Positions 5,768 to 5,901 of a stretch of 5,901 bases of DNA are shown in pieces. The position numbers and the translations under genes were made by a program. Below the pieces are notes generated by a model. It was not told the origin of the DNA. It was given only the letters and a program-made list of their open reading frames with translations, and did not search any database. The first letter of the stretch is position 1. Every line of letters starts with the position of its first letter. The stretch is from Octopus sinensis (taxonomy: Eukaryota). Location: positions 1 through 5,901 of the forward strand of contig NW_021829566.1 of the NCBI RefSeq assembly GCF_006345805.1, given 5' to 3'.

Positions 5768-5901
5768 CGAGGGGAGGAGGGGAAATATGAAGGAAAGAAA
5801 GAAAGACAAGAAGAAGGAAAGGAAGAAAGGCAAAAGAAAGAGAGAAAGAGGGAACAATGTGAGAAAGAAAGGAAAGGAAAAACGAAAGATAGAATAAGAA
5901 A
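5768..5901. repeat. Polypurine (GA/GAAA-rich) low-complexity tract
   Basis: Almost exclusively A/G up to the window end. Confidence 0.9.

Noticed and set aside
5633-5897. ORFs 5633..5857 (-) and 5703..5897 (+), Lys/Arg-rich or Phe/Leu-rich
   Set aside because: Produced by the polypurine tract.
1-5901. CRISPR array or prokaryotic defence system
   Set aside because: No regularly spaced 23-50-bp direct repeats with unique spacers, no operon-like coding density and no cas-like motifs.

Overview
AT-rich, microsatellite-dense eukaryotic DNA made mostly of transposon relics. The repeat types resemble those I recall from octopod (Octopus-like) genomes, but that assignment is an unverified inference. 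No intact protein-coding gene, tRNA gene or CRISPR array is supported. The clearest feature is a 5'-truncated, frameshifted R4/Dong-clade non-LTR retrotransposon (1647-2838, +). It encodes the post-RT region, a CCHC zinc knuckle and a restriction-like PD-(D/E)xK endonuclease, and it follows a (TAA)21 array. Its ORF end runs abruptly into a hairpin-rich 339-bp non-coding module ending in an (ATG)/(ATA)n tail. That tail meets the tail of a probable second, oppositely oriented Dong-like 3' end, forming a 74-bp perfect AT palindrome. The right half holds two copies of a ~400-bp tRNA-derived SINE (one with a 12-bp TSD, one missing its B box), one end of a Tc1/mariner transposon with a transposase C-terminal remnant, an unexplained four-hairpin segment and a 5'-truncated minus-strand SINE. 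A short non-repetitive, CpG-enriched island (~3690-3960) carries YY1-like motifs and splice signals and may belong to a host gene. Most ORFs in the supplied track are microsatellite or SINE artefacts.
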